Shown here piece after piece: positions 21,868 to 33,404 of a stretch of DNA of 64,000 nt. The notes beneath the pieces were generated by a model, which made no database searches, had not been told where the DNA came from, and saw only the letters and a program-made list of their open reading frames with translations. The position numbers were made by a program, and so were the translations under genes. The stretch is from Batkoa obscura. Taxonomy: Eukaryota. Position 1 is the first letter of the stretch, and each line of letters opens with the position of its first letter. The DNA lies in the NCBI GenBank assembly GCA_030770535.1, contig JASVEC010000013.1, forward strand, positions 620,001 to 684,000, written 5' to 3'.

Positions 21868-24408
21868 ATGATAGCCTCCATTGAAGCTTCAATAACAAAT
21901 GAAAGTACAAAATTAAAAGCATCAATTAATCATTCGCCTACTTCTTCTACGTCTAGTGGACCAGATACACCCAATTCCAAAAATGAAATGGTACATTTTA
22001 ATAATTTAAAACCCAACGATATTGATGTCACTATTACCAAAACAAAACTTACTAATAATACAATGGCACCAAGTTCACCCTTACATATATCGCCAACAAA
22101 AACAATAGAAATAACGGATAGTATGGATAATAATTATGATCTTGAGAACGAAATTGAAGTTTTACCAGCTAGTTTTATTGCTATGTCACATCAACCCCAA
22201 ATGACTCATAGTGATCCAATTATTAAATTAAAGATACGTTATGTAGCTAAGGACCTTTGGCAAACATTAAGTTTTCCCAATTCAATAACTGTCAGTCAAG
22301 CTAGAGATATTTGTTTATTAAGATGTAATATTTGGAATCCAAATGGTAAAGATAGTGGAAATAATAATTTAATAAAAAGTAATTTATCTATACATTCGGA
22401 TGAGAGTGGCTTAATACAAGATAAAAATTCCAAAGATAAAGGTAGTAAAAGATTAAGTATTCAAAATGAAGCTGTTGATAATAATTGGCGTGGCGATTAC
22501 TCTTTATTTTGGAATGGAGCTGGTCATTGGTTAGATGATTTTCGTCGATTGGATTCTTATAATTTAAGACATTTAGATATATTAGAATTACAAAAAAAAT
22601 CCGATTTTATATTTATACAACCTTCATTGTATTATGAACATTATGCTGAAGGTTATATGTATAAATTAAAAGGTGGTATATCTCCAAGTTGGAAATTAAG
22701 ATGGTTTATTGTACAAGGTAGAGGTATTTGGTATTTCAAAAAAAAGAAAGACAACAATCCTGCTGGTAGTGCTGATTTATCTAGACCTTTTCAAGTTCAA
22801 GAAACTAGTGTTGATTCCCCAAATTCTCCAGATACTAAAGAATCGTGCTTAATTTTACGTTATTCTGAAAAATGTTGGTGGTTAAGAGCTACTTCAGTTG
22901 AAGAATTAGATCATTGGCGACGTATTTTAATTACATTAAATCGTGAAGTTAATGATCATTGTGCGGCTCATCAAACACAAAATCAATTAACTAATAAGGC
23001 TAATAATATCACACGTACATTTTCTAATAGTTTAAGTGAAAGCGGTACAAGTGTTGATAGTGAATTAAAAACACAACGTTCTTTTAATGCCACTTCCATG
23101 AACAGTGGCGACCAAGGAATATCTAGGGGATCAATGCGAATTAAAGCTGGATATATGTTTCGTCGTGCACCAGTAACTCATTCATTCCGTGAAAGGTATT
23201 TTGTATTAAGAGGAAAAGAATTATCATGTTATAAATCGGATCGTTTTGATAAAAGTAAAAATGTAGCTAAAGTGATCTCTTTACATACAGTTGAAATAGC
23301 CCATTATTCCAATCTCGGTAAATATTATTTTAGAATAACGGATAAATCAAGTCAAGAAGAGGAACCTGGTATTGTTTTAAATGGAACCAAAAAAGCAGCA
23401 GGCTCAAAGAAGGGTTCTGATTTTAAATCTATTTTATCATCTACAAGGTCATTGCCTAATAAAGTAGGTTCTTGGATCTCCCAAGGTAATGGTGCTCAAT
23501 TATCTACTGAATATCTTTATGTGGAATCAAGGGAAGACAGTGAAAGTTGGAAGAATGCATTTGAAAGTATATCTGAATTAGAAGTGAGAGAAATTGATAT
23601 TAATGATGTTAAATCTAATTCAAAATCTTTACAATCTGGTACAAGGTCCATCAATACCACCAAAACATCCTCTTCATTTTGGTCTAATTTATCAGGTAAA
23701 GGCTTCCCCAAATTAAGCTTTAGAAAGAATAGTTTGAAAGAAAAGGCAAGGGATTTAACTTCTAATAATAATAATAATCTACAAGTTCAACCTAAATTAG
23801 AAGCTGAAGAACCAGTGATAAGTTATCAAAGCAATAATAGTAAATCCAGTGGTAATCGATTCTCTCAATTTTTAAAATCAAGGGCTGTACCAGCAGATTC
23901 TGCAAGCCCTAAGGGTATTTCTAAAAACAATTTACCACCTTATTTAATGGCCAATATTCACAGTAGTAAAACCAATAACAATGGCTACGATAGTGTAGAT
24001 GAACAATGTAATCCCTCTGAATCCGAATTAAGTCTAGGATTAAGTAACATAGAAGCTGAAGAATTTATTAATGATTCCAATTTATCCATTACTAGTAAAG
24101 ACAGCAACACTCCTTCCTTTTCAGCTAATCGTTCACCTTTAAAGGATCCAAGTTTGACCCCATTAGATCGCTTATTAGCTGAAGATTATAAAGAACGTGA
24201 AAGAATGTTAAGTATCCGTAATGCTCATCATTTTGGTATGCAAAATGGTATGAAACCTAGTGATGCTCAATCCGGTCATTCTTCTACTCCTTCAAGTCAT
24301 TCTAATTCTCAAGCTTCTAATCCAAACGACCCTAACCATACAATCTTAAAGCCTAAATCGTCGCATAAGTTTATTTGGTTTAAAAAGAAGAATAGAAGAA
24401 ATGATTAA
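21868..24408 (+). CDS. Talin-F0/ubiquitin-like domain plus two PH domains
   Basis: IKLKIR..TLSFPNSITVSQA..DYSLF..GHWLDDFRRLDSYNLRHLDILELQKK resembles talin F0; PH1 EGYMYKLKGG..WKLRWF..EELDHWRRIL; PH2 KAGYMFRR..FRERYFVLRG..DSESWKNAF. Confidence 0.8.
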   Translation: MIASIEASITNESTKLKASINHSPTSSTSSGPDTPNSKNEMVHFNNLKPNDIDVTITKTKLTNNTMAPSSPLHISPTKTIEITDSMDNNYDLENEIEVLPASFIAMSHQPQMTHSDPIIKLKIRYVAKDLWQTLSFPNSITVSQARDICLLRCNIWNPNGKDSGNNNLIKSNLSIHSDESGLIQDKNSKDKGSKRLSIQNEAVDNNWRGDYSLFWNGAGHWLDDFRRLDSYNLRHLDILELQKKSDFIFIQPSLYYEHYAEGYMYKLKGGISPSWKLRWFIVQGRGIWYFKKKKDNNPAGSADLSRPFQVQETSVDSPNSPDTKESCLILRYSEKCWWLRATSVEELDHWRRILITLNREVNDHCAAHQTQNQLTNKANNITRTFSNSLSESGTSVDSELKTQRSFNATSMNSGDQGISRGSMRIKAGYMFRRAPVTHSFRERYFVLRGKELSCYKSDRFDKSKNVAKVISLHTVEIAHYSNLGKYYFRITDKSSQEEEPGIVLNGTKKAAGSKKGSDFKSILSSTRSLPNKVGSWISQGNGAQLSTEYLYVESREDSESWKNAFESISELEVREIDINDVKSNSKSLQSGTRSINTTKTSSSFWSNLSGKGFPKLSFRKNSLKEKARDLTSNNNNNLQVQPKLEAEEPVISYQSNNSKSSGNRFSQFLKSRAVPADSASPKGISKNNLPPYLMANIHSSKTNNNGYDSVDEQCNPSESELSLGLSNIEAEEFINDSNLSITSKDSNTPSFSANRSPLKDPSLTPLDRLLAEDYKERERMLSIRNAHHFGMQNGMKPSDAQSGHSSTPSSHSNSQASNPNDPNHTILKPKSSHKFIWFKKKNRRND

Positions 24409-25648
24409 GAAAGTGGAACAATGAAGGTGGTAGTTTATGTTAGATGTTTTTTAAGTATGAGATACTTGCACGGTTGTGGATAACTTTTTTTTAAAAATAA
24501 CAAATTTAATCTTTTTTTTTATACATAATAAAATTATCTTTTATTTTATTTTTATTTTTATTTTTATTTTTATTTTTATTTTTATTTTATAATAGATTAG
24601 ATTTATTTAAAAAAACGTAATTTCAAACTTTATTTTATGTTATAAAAAGAGTTTTGCTTTAAGTTTAATTTTATCTAGGCTTTTCTTTTGGATTGGTAGA
24701 CGCGGCTGTTCCAACTCTTTTGAGACAAAATTAATTACTTATTTAAGAAAAAAGTAATGGTAAAATCCAACTAAGATATAACGATCAGCCTTCTAAAAAA
24801 GTGATTATATAAATAATTTGATTACAAAATCATCGCTAAACAATAGAAAAAGAGTTACAACAGGTGTAAGCAGATTTTTATTTAAGCTGAAACTTGATTA
24901 AAATTTAGCTCAACTCACCAGTAATTTTACCCGATTTGTTAGCAATTTTGAAAATACCTGGCTAAAAAAAGGATTTTTAAACTCAAATGATCAAATCAAA
25001 ACTTTATAATATTTGAAATTTTATAAATTTATTTATCAAAATAAAAAAATAGATAATAAATGGTCGTTGAGGGGATTAGGTTTTTATGAAATAACCCCTC
25101 CGTTGGTTTATCTTGTATTGTACTACCATAAGGTGAAGCTGAGCCCTTATGATTACAAAATTAAAAACTTAAAAAATCATTAAATCCTCTATAAATAAAT
25201 ATTAACTTTGACAATCTTATTTATCACTAATTTACCAGGTTAATTACTACTTTAAAAAAAAACCCCCAAATTAAAGTTAATATAAATACTTTCATGTCAA
25301 TAAGTCTATTTCATATTTAATGTCTATATCGAATTATAGAAAATTTATTTTTGTATTTTTAATATTTAATACTTTGAATCTTGGAAGTTTATTACCAAAG
25401 CTAGTCAAAAATACAAAATAAAATGGTTTACTATTTACTTATATTAAAATAAATTCTAAAATAGTCATAACGTATAATAAATTACTTGTATATACCTTAT
25501 TTAAGATTGAATTTTGATAAAGTCATAATTGTTAGACTAAACATGTTAAAAATTTTGACTGTGTATCGTTTAATAAAAAATATTTATGGATAAATTTTAT
25601 CTATAATTATAAATGCTGTAAAATAGAAATGAAAATAGTAATGTGTTC

Positions 25649-25807
25649 TCAATTGAAAGCAATACGATATCTAGATGGAATTATTTCTCCAGATGGTGGA
25701 GAGTATTCGCCATTAAGGTTAGAATCTTGGTTAAGGTCTTGAGGTAAAGCAAGAGATGCATTGATATAAGCAAGAAGAATAACTAAAAAGTAGAAGTCCA
25801 TTTTCAT
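25649..25807 (-). CDS. Small secreted peptide (52 aa)
   Basis: MKMDFYFLVILLAYINASLA-LPQDLNQDSNLNGEYSPPSGEIIPSRYRIAFN*; signal-peptide pattern, higher GC than flanks, TATA-like sequence about 35 nt upstream. Confidence 0.55.
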   Translation of the reverse strand: MKMDFYFLVILLAYINASLALPQDLNQDSNLNGEYSPPSGEIIPSRYRIAFN

Positions 25808-26493
25808 TTTTAATAATTCTCATAGTAAAAATTCTTGGTTATATAATTTATTAGTACAATGTTAAACTAATTTAAGTAATAATAGTTAAATAAAGAAGAC
25901 ACTCTTTATAAAATTTCAAGGAGGATGGTGAAATGTTTTTTGATCCTATTAACCTTTATCTCTTTTTCTTTAACTAAGCTTTGCCTTTACCTTTACCTTT
26001 ATTAAAAGATTCTATTTGTTACATCAAAATTTATTTGTTTATGAAACCGAATTATTTCTTTACCCCTTAAATAAAAATAAATTTTATCAAATAGAATAGT
26101 AAATTTGAGTCATTTTTAGAAACTATTAGAGTACAAAAATATAAATACATTAATAATCGAATTTCATAGTTTATAGTGTATACAAGTACAATATAGGAAT
26201 ATAGAGCAGATTTTATTTGACTATTTATGGAACTCACGTTTGATTTCCGTTACATCCAATTAATGTGTCTTTTTGCATCAAAAAACTGATTATAGCTATA
26301 TTCATTTTCATCAAAAATTCCATAACAAAAAGGATTGTTAAATTTTATATAATTAATATAAAATATAGTAAAAAGTTCCAGTTATAATAATCTACAACAA
26401 TAAACTACAATTAAGTAATGTATTTTTTCACATTTTTTATAATTTAAAACTAGATACTAATAAAATTTACAATCTTGAAAAAAAAATTAATTA

Positions 26494-26599
26494 GGCTTCC
26501 CTGAGGGATTCAAACCCCCATCTTAGGAGTTAGCTATATATAATAATTACATGTAATTTCATAAAGTGACCTATATACCACTAGTTGTACTGGTGGGGC
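26494..26599 (-). ncRNA. tRNA-like element copy 2 (more degenerate)
   Basis: Reverse complement has AGTACAACTAGTGGTATATAGG..CCTAAGATGGGGGTTTGAATCCCTCAGGGAAGCC, matching 13896-13987; flanks also similar. Confidence 0.55.
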
Positions 26600-26833
26600 T
26601 GTTTTTTGATAAGGACAATTTAGGATTATATTTAAATAAGAACATTTATGACTTTTATTATTGCTAGATTTCAGAAAATAATTTAGATTTTTTAGTTAGT
26701 GTTTGATAATTTTATAAAACTAGAGAAAAATAGCATTATAGGTAAAAATTTACCTAAATTAAATAAAAGCAGTTATTTCCAAATGTAAAAAAATATTCTA
26801 ATATAACAAAATATTTTAATAATAGCAACTTTA

Positions 26834-27920
26834 CTAAATGATCAAATTCATTTTAAACACACCACGTACCGAATTAAACCCAATTAGCTGTTTACCATCC
26901 TAAAGAAAGCACTCAATCATCAAAACAAAAACAAAAAGGATAAACTTACCTTTACTGCCTCTACCAATTGTTTTTTGTCAATCACCCCTTCTTGGAACTC
27001 TTTGTCATTCTCCAATAGATATGCTCTTTTAGTTCCCATAAGTACCCCTAAACAACAAAATTATAAACCAACCAAACTTAAATGAATAATAAATTTTTAA
27101 CCTACCGCATTCTAGTTTAGGTGTAATAAACTTCTTTTGACCATCAACTTCCACTTCTAAAGCCAAATTGGCGATGCTTGTTTCGGTAATTTCATTGTTA
27201 TGATTATACAAGATGACATCAAATAATCCGTTCTCTGGCTTATTAATACCTAATGAATAAAAGTAGTATAAGTTAACAATATAGTAGTATATCATTCAGT
27301 TAAATATAGCTTACCCATCCTTTCTCTCGATTGATTATAAACATCTCTTAAAGTGGTTTTGTAATATAAATAAGGATTATCTTTGTCTATTGGAGCAGAG
27401 TCCAGTTTCACATTGACTGTTGGTATTTTACCAAGTTCTATTTTATTTTGATGTTATTAAATTTTAAAAAATATGCTATGTAATTAATCCCACCATTACT
27501 CATTGGCTCTTGATTAGCAACTTGAATTTCATAAGTGCCATCGTGAGAGAGTAATAACCTTATCTATTAGTATTGCATTAATCAATTGTATTTCTCAACT
27601 TATTCCCACTTACTCTAAATCTCTGTATTTTTTTCACTTCTTGCCCATCTTTATAGAAAGAATAGTAGACTGAATTAGATTCTTGAAATTTGAATTCTTC
27701 AATCTTAGCATCAACAGCTTGACGAAGCTTAATAAAATCAAGCTTTACGCCCAGTTGAAAATTGGCAATACTCTTCTGTAATCTAGCTAAATGATATGGC
27801 CAGAGTTCGATGTCTGAAAAGTGTTAGTTAATGGATTAATATTGAGTTTATTATAATACCATCTTTATCAGACTCGTAAAGCATTGTTTCAAGTAGCTTA
27901 AATGGAACGGATTGTAACAT
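26834..27920 (-). CDS. Aminotransferase class IV / aminodeoxychorismate lyase-like (multi-exon)
   Basis: LLETM, HLARL, YKTTLRDVY, ITETSIAN, TPKLECG-CLGVLMG, GFNSVRG. Confidence 0.85.
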
Positions 27921-28506
27921 TTTTGTATGAAAAATAAAAATAAGAAAGAAATTTATGAGAGTATTTTATATTTTTTGACTTTATTTTGAATTTTAGGCTA
28001 TTCTTTGTCATTTCTTGGACTATTGGTGGATGGATTAGCCTCTATTCAGGATTTTATTCAGTTTTAATGTGCTAAATACAGGCTAAAATTTAATTGTTAA
28101 ATTGAAGAATTTGTTCAAGTATGAATGTCAATATTTTAAAAAATATCTAAAACAAAAAAATCAGAACAAAATAATAGTTCTTCTATTTCCTCCTCCTATT
28201 TTAAAAAGGTAACCTCGCTTTTTAATTAACAAATCTAAAAATAATCCAGAATCCTTAATTCTATTTAGAGCTATAAAACAATGTGACTCCTAGCTATCCT
28301 TTGAAATGTTTTTTTCATTAAAATATTAAAGCATTAAAATCATGAATATAAATAACTTTATAAAATGGAAATAAATGATTGGTACCACATTTCACAAATA
28401 ATGTCAAAAGCAAACAATTTAATTAATAATCTATGATAACACCAATCTATATAAACTCAATAAAAAAATACAAATTGATATAAACTAGCACATAATAATT
28501 TCAAAT

Positions 28507-29160
28507 ATGGAAAACTACATCAAAGACAAAGTTGAATTCGATAGCTTAAACGAAAAGCAAAGAATGATCAAGGGGTATCCATACCAACCTAATGATCCTC
28601 AACTATGCGAAGATCGCCTCAAGGCACGCGAATGGATGAAAAAGTACAATACTACTGAAGCTAAGGATATAGAGTTACGTAAGAAGATGGTATCCCAACT
28701 CTTTGGTAGTGTTAAAGACAACAATGCTTTTATTGAACCTGACTTTAAGGTCGATTATGGGTACAATATATTCGTAGGTAAAAAATAGTTGATTTACTAT
28801 TTAACTCGATCTAATAGTTTATTTCTCCCATTAGGAAGCAACTTTCAAATGAATTACAACTGTATCATTTTAGATGTTTCTACCGTAACCATTGGTGATA
28901 ACTGTTTTATCGCACCAAACGTACACATTTATACAGCTACTCATCCTATCGAACCTAAGTTAAGACTTGAGTTTGAGTTTGCTAAACCAGTCAAGATAGG
29001 GAATAACTGCTGGATTGGTGGAAATGTCACCATCTGTCCTGGGGTAACTATTGGAAACGGAGTGACTATTGGTGCAGGATCAGTCGTAGTTAAAGATGTA
29101 CCAGATAATGTAGTAGTAGCTGGAAATCCAGCCAAGGTTATTAAGCGTATTGAAGAATAA
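28507..29160 (+). CDS. Maltose/galactoside O-acetyltransferase (intron 28778-28834)
   Basis: [14 protein letters not shown], hexapeptide repeats, [15 protein letters not shown]; the intron joins the two listed ORFs in frame. Confidence 0.93.
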
Positions 29161-29253
29161 TGATAAGTTTTTTCTAAATTGATCTTTTTTACAAATAAAT
29201 TAATTAAAAAAATTCAACATCATTTATAAATTAAATTTATTTTCTTCTATACT

Positions 29254-30135
29254 TTAACAAAATGGATTGTTCTTTTTAAGTTTAAACTTTTTACTTGCTC
29301 GTTCATATGGCTTATAACAGAAATTGGAACCCATGATTCTATACCTGAAAGATTTAACTTGAATCTCAAACTCACTATTGTTTTTTGGTATTACTAAAAT
29401 AAACATTAAACGAAATCAACAAATAAAAAATAATATATTCCTTACTAATAACTTTATCATCCCTTTGTATCATCTTAAATACGTTTTTAGTTTCTTGAAT
29501 TACAATCCCCTGCTTCCCAATTAAACTTGGATTCGTCGACCTTATGACTAATAAATGGTAAGTTGTTATCACTTCTAATATATACGCTCTAACTTACCTT
29601 TTAATATCGATCCATGATAATCCATCTTTAGTAACTGATTTTTAATCTTTTCCTTCCCTTCATTACAAACCAGCTCATCTACATACTGTTGCCACAGCTT
29701 GTTCAGTGGGACAAAATACTCATATCTATTTAAAACCAAGATCAAAATTTAACTTTTTGTTTCTTATATTTAAACTTTACTTTTTAGCTTCCTCTGGTAT
29801 CTCATAGATCCCTGATTCCCTCTTTTCTTTACATGTCAACGGCTTTGCTTTCTTCATCTTTTTAACTACTCCAAGTATTCGCTTCTTCTCCTTACTTTTA
29901 ATCAAGCTCATCCCACTGAGATGCACTATTTTATTTTCTACTTTTTCTTTAAACACCTTTTCAAATTCATCGGTTTGTAGTAGCGTTTGCTTTACCCAGG
30001 TTTTTAAATAATTGCCTTCATCTTCCTAGTTTATGTGGTTATTAGATGATGTTGAACGTTAAGTCGAGATTGAGTTACTTTTGGTTTACTGTTTATGTTC
30101 AGTCTCTGATATAAATTAGCTTGATTTGGGTTCAT
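29254..30135 (-). CDS. POP4: RNase P/MRP subunit p29 (multi-exon)
   Basis: FVPLNKLWQQY, KMDYHGS, SLIGKQGIVIQETKN, IPK..F, KPYERASKKFK. Confidence 0.88.
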
Positions 30136-30919
30136 GGTTATGAACTTGTCAAGATAAAGTTAATAGAAAATTGGGCTTATAAAAGAAGATTAGGATTTAA
30201 GCCAATGAAATGGGAATATTTTAGATTTTCTGTTTTAGTGCAAATTTTGAGCATCGCTTTTGGTCTCTTGAATGTTATTTTATGTATAATGAAAACAGTG
30301 TGATAAGTACAGTATTTTAATGAAGTGAATAGGAAGTATACGCCTTTGTTATTATATTACTGTTAAAAATCCAAAGTCAGCTAGTTAAAATCCATACCTC
30401 CTATTAAACTCTCCCTGTCTGGATTTTTAAGCCCAGCTAGCCAATCGTTTCTCACTTCTTAAATTGTAATTTTAGCTATAATTTTTAATGCAGCATATAG
30501 CAAACTGGCCAATAAAATGGGACTCATTTAAAGTTTGAATTGAATGGGAGATATTTGATCATCAATCGAGAAATTCTAAAAATTCATTTCAAACAAAAAA
30601 TTGAATTAAATAGTGTGAATTTTAGAATATGATAAGAGTTTGTTGGTAGACTTAAAGCTCTTAGTGAGGATTGAATGAGAGAATGAGAATAATAGTAATA
30701 ATATTAATATTATTAATCAAGTAAATACGTTGGCATTTAATTCTCAATAGAGAGAGAAAGAGAAGCAAGGATGGATAGAGCTATAAATAAAGGTTAAAAA
30801 AGAATTAAGTCAAGTTTAGTTTTCAAATTTTTATTTACATGAACTAACCTTTAAAACTTGAATAAGAACATTTAATACAGAAATTCATAATCAAACAATC
30901 ATTCTACTAAAAAAATAAA

Positions 30920-31788
30920 ATGATAATTAACTTGTCACTTTTATTTTATTTTTTATTTCTAATTCAAGCCAGCAGCACCAAGGAAAAAGCGAGCAATATC
31001 AATAAACATGTAAACAAAATCAATAAAAATGAACTATCTAAATTAGTTAAAGGTAACTTCAAAAGTTAATTTGATTGAAAGTTTTATTAATAAAAACAAT
31101 AGCTGGTTTGGGATGCGCATGTAGCGATTCCGACTTCCTGTGCATCACTCAGTGTATTCAGGGCAGGATACTGACGCAAGGTAAGTTAACGCTCAGTTAG
31201 ATAATAGAAAAAATTAAATTAAATTAAATTCCTTTTTTAGCCCAAGAGCACATTGATTGTTCAGTTGCATGTCAAACAGGAGGTGGGGATGTATCAGGCT
31301 GTCTGTTAAACTGTCAGTCCAATTTTTATTCTAAGATCACGGAACCAGTTAACGCTGAATTGACGCCGACAGATATAAATCAAACTGAAAAGACAAGTCA
31401 AACTGAGGAGGCAAGTGAGACTTCAACCGATGGTGAAAAAGAGGAAGAAAGTAAAACAGAAGAAGAGCATTCAACAGAAGAAGCTAGTCCAACGGAGGAA
31501 CCAACAAATGTTGAAGAAACATCAAGCGCAGAAGAAACATCAAGTGATGATGAACCTACAAAAACAACGGAATCAACCAGTACAGATGAGGAAACAGAAA
31601 CAGAAACAGAAACAGAAACAGAAAGCACAAACATAAATACAGAAACTCTGATGCCCAATAATAAATCAAATAATGATGAGCCCGAGTTTGATATTGGAAG
31701 CTTGATCTCTGGAACAACACATTGTAATGTAAATCATTTCTTACTCATAGTTAATTTTAGTTTGCTTAGTTGTTTTTTGTGGCAGTGA
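30920..31788 (+). CDS. Secreted Cys-rich protein with Ser/Thr/Glu-rich stalk, probable GPI anchor (exons 30920-31052, 31103-31180, 31241-31788)
   Basis: Signal peptide; 8 Cys (CACSDSDFLCITQC..CSVAC..CLLNC); ET/ST-rich stalk; hydrophobic C-terminus; introns splice in frame. Confidence 0.75.
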
Positions 31789-32379
31789 TGAATAAGTACA
31801 GCTGGTTGATGGTTCTTATAAATAAACTTTGTATACTTTTTATTATTGAGGTTGAAAATTTATTTAATTTGTAGATCTGAAAATTTAATTTATTGGATAA
31901 TGTTAAGTTATTTTGGTGGATTTATAGGTGCTTATGGACGATATTGTTTATATCATTTCTTTATTTATTTTCTTGTTTTCTACTTCTTTCTTATGGCACC
32001 CCTGATTATGATCAATTCCCTTAACGATATGGCGGCTGTTTTGATGATAACTTTATGGCCGGCTATCAATATTGATTATAAACTACAAGATAATCAATAC
32101 TGCTAAGTATCATTTCTAAAGGCCAAAATATAGTTTCAAATATAAACATAAAAAGTGGAGGTATTTTTTAAATTATGTAGGTTGAATTCTTAATAACCTA
32201 TCATTTTTGATTATATGATGAATTAATAAGGGTTTACCAAATATACCAAAGTAGTGATTTAAAAAATTACTAATAGACTAATAAATTGGAATGATTGATT
32301 CCTATTATCATGAATTGCGTTTAGATGCAAAAGAAATATTTTGACTTATTACTTGCTTCATTCAAGTGTGAATAAAGTG

Positions 32380-32661
32380 AGGTGGTGGTCAAGAACGGTA
32401 AAAACCTTTTGCATATTTTTGTTTGTTTTATGGTTAAAAAAATGCTAATCAAAAAAAACAATCAAAGAGCTCAAAAGCTTTGAAAAATAATCTGTATATG
32501 GCAAAGATTAGGACTAGCGTTAGGGAGGTTAGGATAGGGTTTAATTTTTGATTAGTTAAAATGGATTAATCAGCTTCTGTGCACTTAATGTTAAAAGTTA
32601 ATTCTTTATCAAAAGGAATAAAAATTCGCAAAAAGGTCCCTACTGTTTTTGACCACCACCG
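32380..32661 (+). mobile_element. MITE-B copy 1 (~280 bp)
   Basis: About 30-bp imperfect TIRs GGTGGTGGTCAAGAACGGTA..TACTGTTTTTGACCACCACC; interior matches the reverse complement of 39120-39445. Confidence 0.75.
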
Positions 32662-33404
32662 TTCATTATTTGTAAATGTGTTTTAACCTTATATGACTCT
32701 ACTCAAAATAAATGAGAGTAATTCAATAAGAGCTGATTAGTAAATCAGTTTCATTTATTTTAAGTAGAGTTGTAGCATTAAAATTAGTATAAAAAAACAA
32801 ATATCTTTTAGATTGTATTTTAATTGGGACAGTCGTCTAGGTTTGAAAGTCAATAAAGAGCACTTTAGCTACGAATATTAAATATTTAACTGCTTCTATA
32901 ACAAGTAAAAAGATTAAGCCGAGTTTGGGAGTTTGGGGAGATGAGCAAAATCTTGTGGAATTGATAAGGGATTTTCAGGCTAACTTAGTGAAATTACATA
33001 TTTAAAACACCTTTAAATGTATATAATATGTTACAATCTATTACAAGTTTAATGCATAGCAAATGACAATAAGTAAATGATTTTAAAGTGATACAAAATA
33101 TCAACTTTTTAACTTCTTAGCAATTGAGATCTATTTATTTAGTAATCCCAAGTTTCCTAGCTCATTATAAACATTTCTGGAATCTGGGCAAATATTGTAA
33201 ACTACAACAGGTTTATTTTGTAAAATTGACATTTATAGCTATTTAGTTTGACATCAATTGGTTACATATTCTCTCCATATTGACAAATCATTTTTAAAAG
33301 CATAAAATCAGATAAAGAAAACGTTGAAGATAAAATTCTAATTTATATATATATAAATTAAAGTGATAAAAACAGAAAATAAAGACGAGAGAAGTGATAA
33401 CAAT

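Noticed and set aside
25079..25110. Short hairpins (GAGGGG..CCCCTC here; TTAAAAATCCA..TGGATTTTTAA near 30363-30430)
   Set aside because: Single occurrences with no TSD or second copy in the window.
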